From the IMG/VR virus record IMGVR_UViG_3300007770_001284, positions 1 to 64,000 of that record: DNA of 64,000 nt; one strand, written 5' to 3'. Both the position numbers and the translations under genes were made by a program. Below are positions 52,701 to 61,506 of the stretch, in pieces; within the stretch, counting starts at the first letter, position 1; each line of letters starts with the position of its first letter. Under the pieces are notes generated by a model that was given only the letters and a program-made list of their open reading frames with translations, was not told the origin of the DNA and did not search any database.

Positions 52701-53171
52701 ACAGGATCATTAGCTTTCCAAGATACCTCCAGTAACTCAACACCCCCAATGGTTAAGAGCCTCACTGAGGGTTCTGATCTGAAATTCGGTAACTACATAT
52801 CAGGCGGAGGATCAGTTAGTGAAGTATTCAAGCTCACCGGTGGGGCTGGAAACATTATGTTGGCGTCTAATAAAAAAGTTGCTTTCTCACCATCGGAGAC
52901 GAATGCATTCTTGGCGCACAAGACGATCTCTTCTCATGGTGGTACGACCAGCGCAGTGGCTACCCGTAACTTCGTTCCGGATGTCGACAATACTTACACA
53001 TTGGGAACGGCAGCGTATCGCTGGTCCGATATATATACGGGCGACTTACATCTTAAGAATGATCGCGGGGACTGGACAATACTCGAGGAAGCTGATATGT
53101 TGGTTGTAGTTAATAACCTAACAGGAAAAAGATACAAAATGAATCTCACACCCCTCGAGGAGAACGAATAA
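46725..53171 (+). CDS. 2148-aa repetitive tail-fibre / adhesin-like protein
   Basis: about 10 copies of D..FFVSG-x10/11-G.ALFGGDLV.SG; C-terminal PDVDNTYTLGTAAYRWSDIYTGDLHLKNDRGDW fibre-end motif. Confidence 0.8.
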   Translation: MAKDFRTNQIRTSTIIGSGSLSTATPSGHQVGLVICSGSGASDFDGGYVDPNILKFVGDDVWMVVSGTADHTSYMAEQKPAGGSVLFLGDVVVSGTLWAERSVIEVDNQVIGDMMVPNALVAGTEPEDLAGGVAAKLLVDPFTTNAGGTGTQDGTVSFNIVTAPGAGVAWRYDGTLKTDVFFHVSGSRDVRNTNNRGLALFDGDVHVSGNFSVDEGGTFTTDIILDNDTTAPPVIKHAKDYGGSGEVVYSEYAIRNVDSGPSWWHLDIVHSGANASPSGIDSGIRLKVNDGATDLADRSAFVVSASGDIAIDPGKEIRFAGRSGGYGPHIEYNVPDSSSPTNYANGQLAFKHYYSSLDTPTSFNFTGGVVTASNGIYLPDADTFGGDYIASARGQTRGIMFAGSSGDDGDGVGPGDAGIYYNEDNLVNEVLGGTYNTLCMVASNTGSNIHIEAGNYLTLRAGTRAEPGDIEISGSNDMWLRALGSLRADVETNILMVPQGYTTFAGDLAAVPTPQGDVKFFVSGAVGGKHGGSRSIALFGGDLVTSGVLYVDGTTGDGGAPVYGGSALVLRGGITWDMSGSTDPDGDSWIWENSDDLFVKGRDHLYLHASGTAGSGTVTVSGSVADVYAAAGSATVSGSNQVILLAGNDVLSTAADDHVFISGETAFFAGDDKSVPVAASDVHFLVSGSLNTRHTSTRGTALFTGDLVTSGVLYADGAITDGGAPGYGGSSLVLRNGIAWDVSGSAGDNGQAWLWEFGDVLYLKGKDGVTLHASGTDGSGTANISGSIVNVYAGAGSATLSSSLDTFIKSGDDIVLSASDKIFMYPEGGKIYAAENTAVGYNQCTIDLTVPAFQLRASDSDYFQIDVGADGSTIFTTVDGDANAANLTMNVDGAVDINAVSNVTLDVSAGPISIGTTAVAQQITIGGDTSTRTEIELNAIAIDVNAGSGGVDIGAGGDITLSGSGDLELIGTTGVTIRGDVSLTDNLTVFGDFIKGHVISASIQDPVLLLNSGSLTSNSGGGIAIASGSNIANVALVFGRDVSNNNSFLAGRLDVQDGDEIDFTGAVPVDLRAAGLRIRNMLFVTSSHGSGGGNFDIDVNNPTDGKLTVYTGDGSLLLSSSGGNAALESSGGTASLSASADTNVVAGQDVKIKSTRAVRVMGNEAGNSHPSLKPDIAFYVSGAIGSQGGATRGTSVFGGDLVISGNTHTENIYAGEYIYHRDDDDTFIRLQGDDVMVNVGGTTFIKMSELAAAQDKVVINGGQSDIDFRVASVNRSGALLVDAAADQVLILSGGGDSSANEANYSDTAFFVSGSVGSKDGGSKGAALFGGDLATSGALYIMGSVSDGAGDASLVLSNGITWNLDSSGVGDAWIYEDSNDLFVKGRDDLYLHASGAAGSLGTMQLSGSVVNIFAGAGDVAVSGSDDISLQAGDYMFTTVAQAALFNGGGRTGFDAVGSDTVFFVSGAIGSKDGTTRGTTVVGGDLVVSGAISLLTDISLGDGVDLALDAGDKFYFNGLSGDQFITGDGTTLTIDGDDTVTVDYDVDTNFQRGGVAQLTMGSSGFVWNEDGLAGTAVDFRVESNTREGAIFIDASEDQVLILSGGGDSSDNEASYTDTAFFVSGSVGSKGGGSKGAALFGGDLVLSGNLHAAEYIYHDGDDDTFLRLQADNIIANVGGLQFLKMKEASQDEFVINEGANDIDFRVQSSNLQGMLLLDAAEDQLLLGTNSTDASGESLGTDTNIFISGSIDSMDSTTKGTAVFGGDLYVSGTANLQAVQLGNLTLTNTNAYLRFYDTDHYVRKNGTNVEFRDSAGGTTYTLTQLAALSVTDNTDVFSITHGVPSYVVTTGSFSFDTDGRPTNYTPGAGGPGADTYFFISGSKGVKDTATRGAAVFGGDTLTSGTIYLGKQSADDAPSTVTANAIALYASASAGVTQLYFRNSVTETKIGSGGSLDDAYDTPAGGGSPSTGAGAVITVDGQPVQFVNTGTNIAVAITGSLAFQDTSSNSTPPMVKSLTEGSDLKFGNYISGGGSVSEVFKLTGGAGNIMLASNKKVAFSPSETNAFLAHKTISSHGGTTSAVATRNFVPDVDNTYTLGTAAYRWSDIYTGDLHLKNDRGDWTILEEADMLVVVNNLTGKRYKMNLTPLEENE

Positions 53172-56100
53172 TGCCTGTTGTTACTTCTGTTATAAGCGGT
53201 TCTAATGATAGTTTAATTCTATCAGGTGGGGTGAACGAGGGAGTTCACCTTACTGGGTCTGTTTTCTTTAAGAATGCCGCTAAGTTTGGTGGTGGTTACG
53301 GTGACTCTGGGGTAACCATCACATCAGCCGGCGCAGTTTCTGCAGATGGGAATGTAGTAGCCGGCGGAAATATAACAATTGGCGGAAATATCTCTGGAGA
53401 CGGAGACGAAAGCAAAACTATTTTCGCAGAAACGGCTACTTCTTCAAACACGATTACAATCGGTGGTGGTGGTAAGGTCGTCGCGTCTGGAGACTTGCAG
53501 ATTACCCACACGGGTTCATTTGGTGCGCTGCAGGTCGGAACAGATTACGATGGTAACAATGTTCCTGATGCTGGATATCCGTTCAGAGTGTCAAATGATG
53601 CTGATGACGTAGGAATAGTCATTGATGCTGGAAACAACAAGGTCGCTTCGCTTCTTTTTTCTGAGCGAAGTCTAGAAACCGCGGCACCTGGATGGTTTGT
53701 AGACCACAATGCAGACGTTAAAAATAGATCATCATGGCGCACACAGGGCGAAGAGCAAGGCCAGGGTGCGATAGTAATTCATAATGACCTAAAATCTGTA
53801 AGAATCGGTGGGGGTGATATTGCAGGCGATGGGTATGACGCGGAGAGTCTTGTCATCACAAGCTCTGACTATCGTGATCCGTCAATGATTCGTATTCGTA
53901 CCAAGCACGGTTCCCGAAGCAAAGAAGCGTATCCTGCAATTTCGTGGATGATGGAAGCAGCCACAAGCACCAACACTGGTCATTGGGTTATGGGAATTGA
54001 TCCCTACTCTGACGGTGATGGTGATAGCGCTGGCGAGTATCTCAAGATAAACGCATCAAGTCCCGGCAGCTCAACTGGTATGTCAAATACTACTGCAATG
54101 ACATTTAGAAAGGGTGGCGATGACGCAGCTGTAGGCGTTGGAGGCTCCACTAACAGCAGATCCTTAATTCCTACGGGCACGCTCCACGTGGAAAATGCGA
54201 AAGCCATCGCGTACTCGATGACCAAAGATCTGACAAGCGCGCAGCTCTTCATTGGAAACTCATATAACTCAACAAACGCTGCATCGGCCGGAATATATCT
54301 TGACGTGTCATCTGACTCAGATGATACAAAGCACTCTGCTCACTTGATAGCTGTTAGCAACGGCGTTGCAGCAGAACATACTGCGTATTTCTCACTTGGC
54401 CTGTATGACGGTTCTGGAAACGCAAACTCAACAAGAAGTCGATTTAGGGTGGACGACCAAGGTGGCGCTCTTTTTATAAGCGGTACTAACCCATCCGCTG
54501 GAGCTGGTTGGCCGAAACCAGAAGTCTCGAATAATGAGGTAAACGTTGAGGTACCGTCTGGGTCGCTGACGCTGTTATCTAATGTGAATTTTGCCAGCCA
54601 GCCAACGCTCAACTTTGTGGCTTGGCCCGCCAACGCATACGCTGCCCGATCAGTCACCTCTGGTCAAGAAATGGGCAGAATTTCTTGGTGGAGTTCCGAT
54701 ACGGATCTTTCTGAAGGGGAGCGAGTTGGTGCATTTATAGAAGCGGTTGCAGACGCTAACCATACAGCCGTTGCCAAGTCTCCAATGAAGCTAGATTTCT
54801 ACACTAGGGGAAATGCCGCGGCAAGCCCAGACGTAAGACTGTCAATCAGCTCGAGCGGCAGGGTGACCATAGCTGGTGACGCGGATGTTGGTGGCGATCT
54901 TACTGTTGAGGGTAACGATATCAAGGACTCCGGTGGGAACGCAGCTGTCACATTTGACGGTTCACAAAATACGACGTTGGGTGGCAATTTGACGGGGTCC
55001 AATGCTCTCCTGTCAGGTGACCTCAACCTGGGTACGGGTATTGCCTTCCAGCAAGCCAGCTCTAATCTCACTGTTGAAGTAACAAATAGTATCGTACTAG
55101 ACTCAGACAGCGGATTTGTCCACATCAAAGATGGCGGTGCTAGCCACTTTAAGTTTGATTGCAACAATACAGCATTCACGATCTACGATGACACGTTCGC
55201 AGCAGATTATCTTTCATTCCAAGTTGCGGCAGATGGCGCGTCGACGATCTCGACAGGTGATAACGGATCGGGTGAGTCAGGTCACTTAACGCTGGCCCCG
55301 GATGGAGAAATATATCTGGAAACTAAGGGAGCTGTGCACGGTCCTATAGACTTACCCTTATCTATGTCTTCCGATAAGAGCATGATCCTTCAAACTGATG
55401 CGGATGGTGATGACACGGGTGACGTCAGTACGATGCATTGGGATTTCCTACGCTATACAACACTCGTCGCCCAGATGAATGGTTACGGTGATCTTTGGCT
55501 CAATGGTGATCTTACTATTGAGGGTAACGATCTTAGGGACTCTGGTGATAACGCTGTCATTACCTTTGATGGTTCCGGTAACGTTCACAACAACGTTAAG
55601 TTCAATAACGGCTTGACAGTCGGAAGTACGAAATATCTTTACGACGATACGGGTGGTGCCCTATATTTCGCCGGAAGCACACACCTCCAGACAGCTGGTG
55701 ATTTCACAGTTGGTGGCAATCTTAAGAAGGGCACACTGACAATCACTGCCAATGAAATCGATGCGTCTTCCGGCGATCTCACATTAGACGTTGCAGGGGA
55801 CATCGCGTTGGACGCCGCAGGCGATCAGATAGCGTTTAAAGATAGCGGTGTCACACGTCTGACCGTTGATATGACAGAGAGTCTTCCAGTACTAAGTGGT
55901 AGCGGTGACTTTTACATTAAGTCAAGCGAGTCTCTTATCTTCCAAATTGACACAGATAACAACGGATCGGAGAAATATTCATTCCTGGATGGTGCTGGGA
56001 CTGAAGTCTTTAGTATCGCTGAAACTGGAACGCTCTTTGTATCCGGGAATGTGATCCAAGATAGCGGTGGAAACAACAACATCTTATTCGATGGTGATGG

Positions 56101-58606
56101 TCACACTACAATAAATACCACCACCACGTTAACAGCTACTGGCGGGGGACAGTTGACAATCCAGGGTACAGCAACCACGAACAACAACGCCACTGCTTCC
56201 TCTAACAACACTGCCACTGTTTTAATCGAACCAGCCTCAATAACTGCCGCTGCTCATGTAAGCAGAATTTCATCCCTTCAGATCGATGAACCAAATATTA
56301 GCACAGGCGGTAATTCTATAGCTGAGGCGGCCGCTCTATGGATTGATGCACCCCCAACGGAAGCTGTCGGTAAATATTTGACTTCCAACGCGTCAGGACA
56401 ACAGATAGATAATTTAGCGGCATATTTTTCTGGGTCTATCAGGTCTAACACTAGCTGGGTCGGAGAAAATGTCCTTGCAGAGGCGGACAATATCTATAAA
56501 AATGACAGCTCCTTGCCCGGTTCATACCTCTCTACCGCCCGTGATACTTCCACTGCGGCCGCGGCCGATGTCCCGACAGTAAGAAATCTCTTGGCGACAC
56601 ATGACGGAAAGACCACTGGTAATTATGCCATCAGCATCGGCGGCGCTAGCGGCGATAATTACAATTGGCCGGCCGATGTTGTACCGAGGTGGGGATTGAA
56701 TCCTTCATCTACAACCAATGATGGTACAACTGCAATTGACGTCTGGACAGGATACCTTCCAGGAACTCTAACTACTGGCGCCACGACCTCTTGGTCGGCA
56801 AGCGCAAATGCTCATAATTTGCATGGCGGCAGTGCCGCATCTTCGCTAGGGGACTCTTCATCTGATACGACACCAGATCATGATGCCGCTAAACACACAT
56901 TAGATCCGATCGGCGGAGACGTCGTCGACGCACATATAGAAGTTCATAACGGCTATTCTTCGGGAAACAACGGTATTCGTTTCGCCCTTGGTAATTTTAT
57001 AAACCAAGGTACATATTCTGCTACTCCTAATGCTAATTCTGATAATTTCGTCTTTCATTTTACATGCTGGACTGATAATGCCAGTTGGGAGAGCAGTGAT
57101 GACTTCATTGTATATTTTACTAAATCCGATGGCACCCAGCTAAGTGCTACTAATATTACAGTCCTCGCCCGGAAAGTTTCGAATTCGGCTACTTGGGAAA
57201 ATTCTGATGCCACCACCGACACCGGCAGTGCTACAGCAAATGTTGAGTTTCGTCCTCAAGATACTTCCGGGTGTGTTCTTGCCAGTTCGGCCTTAGGGGA
57301 GGGGTTCGCGAATAGGGCTCAAGTAAAAATCACCGTCCAGGCATCGAACATGGGTTCTCTCAGTCATGTGTTTATAGCAAACTCCGCGACTGGGAACGTC
57401 GAAAAACTTCATATTTCCAATGTGTTTGCTTTTGCTTACGACACAGGAGCTAACCCTCCGTACGAAGACGTCGCAGCGAAAACTTATCTTGATAATGATA
57501 CCCCAGGAACTGCTGGGAATATTGCAACCGCTCTAGAATTTAATAATGCAGTTTATACTGGCGCTGAAGGCGCTTCGTGGACCACCCTAAGGTTTCTGAT
57601 GTCGACTGGTGGCGCAGCAATTGACCAACCAGATAGTGACGGAGCCATGAGCGCCATGAGCAATAACGAACACGCCGTCTTTATGGTTTCGTACGACGGC
57701 GGTACAAATTACAGCACAGCGGATTGGAAGTGGAGAAAGTATACCGCCACAGGCGCGCCGCCAGCAGTACCTTCCCACGGCCTTGGCCAAGATTACTGGA
57801 TCGATCTGGCCAATAACGGTGTTATTGACGGTTCGGAAATGGGCTATGAATGGCAATGGTTTGAAATAGATCTTCCGCTGGACTCTGAACATGATCTTTC
57901 ATCGTTTAGAGGTAGGTTTGGCTGCGATGCAACGTCTGAAGACAGGGGGTTTGCTGTACATCAACATTCTATTAACCAGTATCACCAACAGGGTGTCAAA
58001 ACTTATCGTGATGCAAACTCAATTGTTCATGAAACGTTTTCAGGAAAACAGGATATAGAGTGGAAAGCCAGAAGTTATGCTAACGAAGGGACTACCAACA
58101 CTTGGCTCAAGTATGATGCTACCGCAGAAACTGTCTCACTTGGAACCATGGCGCCGGCGCTGTCTGGAAGTCATAACATTTATGCACCGGCTTATATTTC
58201 TGTCACTAGTGGGGAAACGTCATCTACTCTCACAAACGTACAAAATGTTTGGGACGAAGCCAATTATCCCGGGGGCAACATAACCTATGACCAGCATGTA
58301 CAACAAGGGATTACATACACTGCCTCTAACGGAAGATTTACCGTCGATGCAGCTGGAGTATACGACGTCACTTTCGTTGGTATCCTAGAAGCGCAGTCCA
58401 CAGACTGCAGTCTTCTCCTATATGTCAACACCACTGCAGAAATAACGGCGACAACCCAAGTCCACACATCAGTCGATCCAGTGGAGAGAACCCTCACAGG
58501 AATATTTCACCTGAATGCTAATGACTACATCCAGATTTATATAGATGACACTTCTGGCGGTACTGTCAATACCGGGTCGACAATTAGTATTAGAAAAATT
58601 GGTTAA
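53171..58606 (+). CDS. 1811-aa fibre-like protein with C-terminal C1q/TNF-like domain
   Basis: beta-rich G/S/T/D composition; repeated GDLTVEGND..DSG.NA..TFDGS; NGRFTVDAAGVYDVTF...LNANDYIQIY. Confidence 0.78.
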   Translation: MPVVTSVISGSNDSLILSGGVNEGVHLTGSVFFKNAAKFGGGYGDSGVTITSAGAVSADGNVVAGGNITIGGNISGDGDESKTIFAETATSSNTITIGGGGKVVASGDLQITHTGSFGALQVGTDYDGNNVPDAGYPFRVSNDADDVGIVIDAGNNKVASLLFSERSLETAAPGWFVDHNADVKNRSSWRTQGEEQGQGAIVIHNDLKSVRIGGGDIAGDGYDAESLVITSSDYRDPSMIRIRTKHGSRSKEAYPAISWMMEAATSTNTGHWVMGIDPYSDGDGDSAGEYLKINASSPGSSTGMSNTTAMTFRKGGDDAAVGVGGSTNSRSLIPTGTLHVENAKAIAYSMTKDLTSAQLFIGNSYNSTNAASAGIYLDVSSDSDDTKHSAHLIAVSNGVAAEHTAYFSLGLYDGSGNANSTRSRFRVDDQGGALFISGTNPSAGAGWPKPEVSNNEVNVEVPSGSLTLLSNVNFASQPTLNFVAWPANAYAARSVTSGQEMGRISWWSSDTDLSEGERVGAFIEAVADANHTAVAKSPMKLDFYTRGNAAASPDVRLSISSSGRVTIAGDADVGGDLTVEGNDIKDSGGNAAVTFDGSQNTTLGGNLTGSNALLSGDLNLGTGIAFQQASSNLTVEVTNSIVLDSDSGFVHIKDGGASHFKFDCNNTAFTIYDDTFAADYLSFQVAADGASTISTGDNGSGESGHLTLAPDGEIYLETKGAVHGPIDLPLSMSSDKSMILQTDADGDDTGDVSTMHWDFLRYTTLVAQMNGYGDLWLNGDLTIEGNDLRDSGDNAVITFDGSGNVHNNVKFNNGLTVGSTKYLYDDTGGALYFAGSTHLQTAGDFTVGGNLKKGTLTITANEIDASSGDLTLDVAGDIALDAAGDQIAFKDSGVTRLTVDMTESLPVLSGSGDFYIKSSESLIFQIDTDNNGSEKYSFLDGAGTEVFSIAETGTLFVSGNVIQDSGGNNNILFDGDGHTTINTTTTLTATGGGQLTIQGTATTNNNATASSNNTATVLIEPASITAAAHVSRISSLQIDEPNISTGGNSIAEAAALWIDAPPTEAVGKYLTSNASGQQIDNLAAYFSGSIRSNTSWVGENVLAEADNIYKNDSSLPGSYLSTARDTSTAAAADVPTVRNLLATHDGKTTGNYAISIGGASGDNYNWPADVVPRWGLNPSSTTNDGTTAIDVWTGYLPGTLTTGATTSWSASANAHNLHGGSAASSLGDSSSDTTPDHDAAKHTLDPIGGDVVDAHIEVHNGYSSGNNGIRFALGNFINQGTYSATPNANSDNFVFHFTCWTDNASWESSDDFIVYFTKSDGTQLSATNITVLARKVSNSATWENSDATTDTGSATANVEFRPQDTSGCVLASSALGEGFANRAQVKITVQASNMGSLSHVFIANSATGNVEKLHISNVFAFAYDTGANPPYEDVAAKTYLDNDTPGTAGNIATALEFNNAVYTGAEGASWTTLRFLMSTGGAAIDQPDSDGAMSAMSNNEHAVFMVSYDGGTNYSTADWKWRKYTATGAPPAVPSHGLGQDYWIDLANNGVIDGSEMGYEWQWFEIDLPLDSEHDLSSFRGRFGCDATSEDRGFAVHQHSINQYHQQGVKTYRDANSIVHETFSGKQDIEWKARSYANEGTTNTWLKYDATAETVSLGTMAPALSGSHNIYAPAYISVTSGETSSTLTNVQNVWDEANYPGGNITYDQHVQQGITYTASNGRFTVDAAGVYDVTFVGILEAQSTDCSLLLYVNTTAEITATTQVHTSVDPVERTLTGIFHLNANDYIQIYIDDTSGGTVNTGSTISIRKIG

Positions 58607-58786
58607 TTGATCAATTAAATTATTAAATTAGAAAAATTTACTAAAGAAAACAGATATACTGGATTACTGAGGAGCTGAATTCAGAATTAGAATAATAGCT
58701 CTGTAAAATTTGTACAGGAAAATAATTCAATTTCTTTTCTTTATACAGTGGCCCGCCAGGGGTTATTATTCTGGTGAGGTACCTGA

Positions 58787-60709
58787 ATGTTTAGTAGTCC
58801 GTTTGAAACCAACACAGTAACAATTGATCAATCTGCTGATGTTGTATTCGTTGCAGACATGTTTGTTGAAGATTACGTAGGTGGAGCTGAATTAACCACA
58901 GAAGCGTTAGCATCTTCCTCAGGCTTGAATGTACAGAAATTACATGCAGCACATGTCACAATGGAACTGTTGGCCGCTGGAGTGGAAAAATATTGGATAT
59001 TTGGAAATTTCAGTTCGCTTAATCCAGAACTAATTCCTAGTATAGTGGGGAATATGAAATATTCTATTCTAGAATATGACTATAAGTTCTGTGCATATCG
59101 TTCAATAGAAAAACACAAGTTTGAAACAGGAAATGAATGTAACTGTCATGATCAAATTCATGGTAAAATTATATCATCTTTCTTCCACGGTGCCCAGTCT
59201 ATCTGGTGGATGAGCGAAGAACAAGAACAAAGATATTTAGAGAGATTTCCTTTCTTGTCAGAAAATACAAGGGTTGTTCTTAGCAGCGTATTTGATGAAA
59301 GTTTCTTTGCTGCTATCAAGGTATTGACTGAGCAAAATAAAGACACAGAAAAGAAAGGATGGATTGTCCTCGGTTCTGATTCTTGGATTAAGGGTGCCGG
59401 CGCTGCAGAAGCCTATTGTCAGGAAAACAATTTAGAGTATGAGGTTGTTTGGAATATTCCGTATCAAGATATTCTTCAGAAGCTAGCTGTTGCACAAGGA
59501 TTCGTTTACCTTCCAGAGGGTGGTGATACATGTCCGCGAATGGTAATTGAGGCAAAGCTTTTGGGATGTGAGCTAGTATTGAATGACCACGTTCAACATA
59601 AGGACGAAGAATGGTTTACTTCTTCTTCGATTATAGACACATTGTCGTATTTGTACGCAGCTCGTAATCGATTCTGGAGCACGATTAAAAATACAATGAA
59701 CTATGTTCCAACGCTTAGTGGATATGTGACTGTTAGAAATGCAAATGATATGGGATATCCATGGAAGGCTTGTATAGAGTCAATGCTCGGATTTTGTAAT
59801 GAGGTTGTTGTTGTAGACGGTGGTTCAACCGACAACACTTGGGAGGAGCTGGAAGCGTATTCAAGAGATGAATCGCGATTAGTCGTTAAGCGTTTCGCAA
59901 TTGATCCGACACACCCAAGCTTTGCATATGAATCTGATGGTAAATTAAAGGCTCGCGCAAGAGAGCTATGCACTAGCGACTATTGTTGGCAAATGGACGC
60001 TGATGAAATTGTGCATGAAACAGACTATGCAAAAATTCATCAAATCTTAATGTCATTTCCGAAGCTTATCGATGTTATTGCGTTACCTATTATTGAGTAT
60101 TGGGGGTCGATTGAGAAAGTTAGGGTTGATGTGAATCCTTGGAAATGGCGTTTGAGCAGGAACCTGCCACACATCACACAAGGTATACCAGCAGATTTGC
60201 GTCGGTTTGATGATGATGGTAATGAGTACGCTGCATTTGGCACTGACACGTGCGATTACATCCATGCCGAATCACGGGAGAGACTACAGTTTTGGTCATT
60301 TTACTCTCAGGATGTACATGAAATGAGGGCTGCGTCGCTGTCAGGGAACGCAGATGCTTTAGAAGCATACGAAGAGTGGTTTAACGCCGTTGTCGATCAT
60401 CTCCCCGGCGTACACCATTATTCATGGTTTGACATTGGTAATAAGATAAAGCAATATAAGAAGCACTGGGGGGCGTTTTGGAAAAGCCAATATCGTCATG
60501 ATGCTGAGGACACCGCCGAGAACAACGTCATGTTTGATAAGCCGTGGGAGGAAGTGACGGATAACGATATTGATAATTTGGCAGTTCGATTGGCTGATCA
60601 ACTTGGTGGGTGGATATTTCACAGAAAGATTGATTTTTCTGAACCGACACCACACATAACGATTAATAGAGAACATCCCGTTGCATTTCTTAAGAAGCAC
60701 TCAGATTAG
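58787..60709 (+). CDS. two-domain glycosyltransferase (GT-B-like N-half plus GT2 C-half)
   Basis: GFVYLPEGGDTCPRMVIEAKLLGC; VTVRNA...VVVVDGGSTD; WQMDADE. Confidence 0.82.
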   Translation: MFSSPFETNTVTIDQSADVVFVADMFVEDYVGGAELTTEALASSSGLNVQKLHAAHVTMELLAAGVEKYWIFGNFSSLNPELIPSIVGNMKYSILEYDYKFCAYRSIEKHKFETGNECNCHDQIHGKIISSFFHGAQSIWWMSEEQEQRYLERFPFLSENTRVVLSSVFDESFFAAIKVLTEQNKDTEKKGWIVLGSDSWIKGAGAAEAYCQENNLEYEVVWNIPYQDILQKLAVAQGFVYLPEGGDTCPRMVIEAKLLGCELVLNDHVQHKDEEWFTSSSIIDTLSYLYAARNRFWSTIKNTMNYVPTLSGYVTVRNANDMGYPWKACIESMLGFCNEVVVVDGGSTDNTWEELEAYSRDESRLVVKRFAIDPTHPSFAYESDGKLKARARELCTSDYCWQMDADEIVHETDYAKIHQILMSFPKLIDVIALPIIEYWGSIEKVRVDVNPWKWRLSRNLPHITQGIPADLRRFDDDGNEYAAFGTDTCDYIHAESRERLQFWSFYSQDVHEMRAASLSGNADALEAYEEWFNAVVDHLPGVHHYSWFDIGNKIKQYKKHWGAFWKSQYRHDAEDTAENNVMFDKPWEEVTDNDIDNLAVRLADQLGGWIFHRKIDFSEPTPHITINREHPVAFLKKHSD

Positions 60710-60723
60710 CCAGGAAGGATTCA

Positions 60724-61506
60724 ATGGCTAAGGTCAGTATTGTACTAGCAGTTCACAATGGCGGAAAAACGATCGGTCGAGCACTTAAGTCCGTTGCTGA
60801 GCAGACGTATCGGGATTTTGAAACAATTTTAGTGGACAACAATTGTACTGATAATACACTTGAGATAGCAAAAGAATATTCTGAGACTGCGAACATACGA
60901 GTTGTTAAGTGCAAGACTCCTGGCCATCCAGCAGCTTTAAACACTGGGATATACAACAGCGATTCTCCTTATATCGCTCGACAAGACGATGATGACTATT
61001 GGTATCCAAGTAAGCTAGAGAAGCAGGTCGCATTTTTAGATTCAAATCCAGAAGTAGGTGTTCTGGGAACTCGAATACGATTAGTGAATGCGGCCGGCGA
61101 AGAAGAAGAGCTTGGATCAATGGGGCGCCCAGTTGTGTACCCGCCTGATGATCACAATATCAAGTATTTTTTGATCCAAGGGCAGAACGCTTTTTGTCAT
61201 TCTTCTGTTGTCATGAGACGAGAGGTGCCGCTAATAGCTGGTGGTTATAGTGAGCATTTTCCACTAGCGCAAGATATGCATTTATGGTTAAAGGCTATAC
61301 CATATTTCGCCTTTGCAAATTTACCAGAAGTATTAGTTGATTACACTCAGGCACCGACCGACTGGGACAATCAAAAATATGATCCGAGAGTTGTCAGAGT
61401 TTTGTCGACGATGTATTACCAACTATACAAACTTCAGGGTGTAATTTCTGGTGATAGGCAGGAAGTGATTTACGATTGGGAGATTGAAAGGAAATATGAG
61501 CGATAG
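60724..61506 (+). CDS. GT2 family glycosyltransferase
   Basis: VSIVLAVHNG, LVDNNCTDNT, YIARQDDDD, HSSVVMR, QDMHLW. Confidence 0.92.
   Translation: MAKVSIVLAVHNGGKTIGRALKSVAEQTYRDFETILVDNNCTDNTLEIAKEYSETANIRVVKCKTPGHPAALNTGIYNSDSPYIARQDDDDYWYPSKLEKQVAFLDSNPEVGVLGTRIRLVNAAGEEEELGSMGRPVVYPPDDHNIKYFLIQGQNAFCHSSVVMRREVPLIAGGYSEHFPLAQDMHLWLKAIPYFAFANLPEVLVDYTQAPTDWDNQKYDPRVVRVLSTMYYQLYKLQGVISGDRQEVIYDWEIERKYER

Noticed and set aside
46725-58606. Diversity-generating retroelement acting on the fibres
   Set aside because: No reverse transcriptase in the window; the duplicated segments differ at all bases, mostly synonymous positions, not only at adenines.
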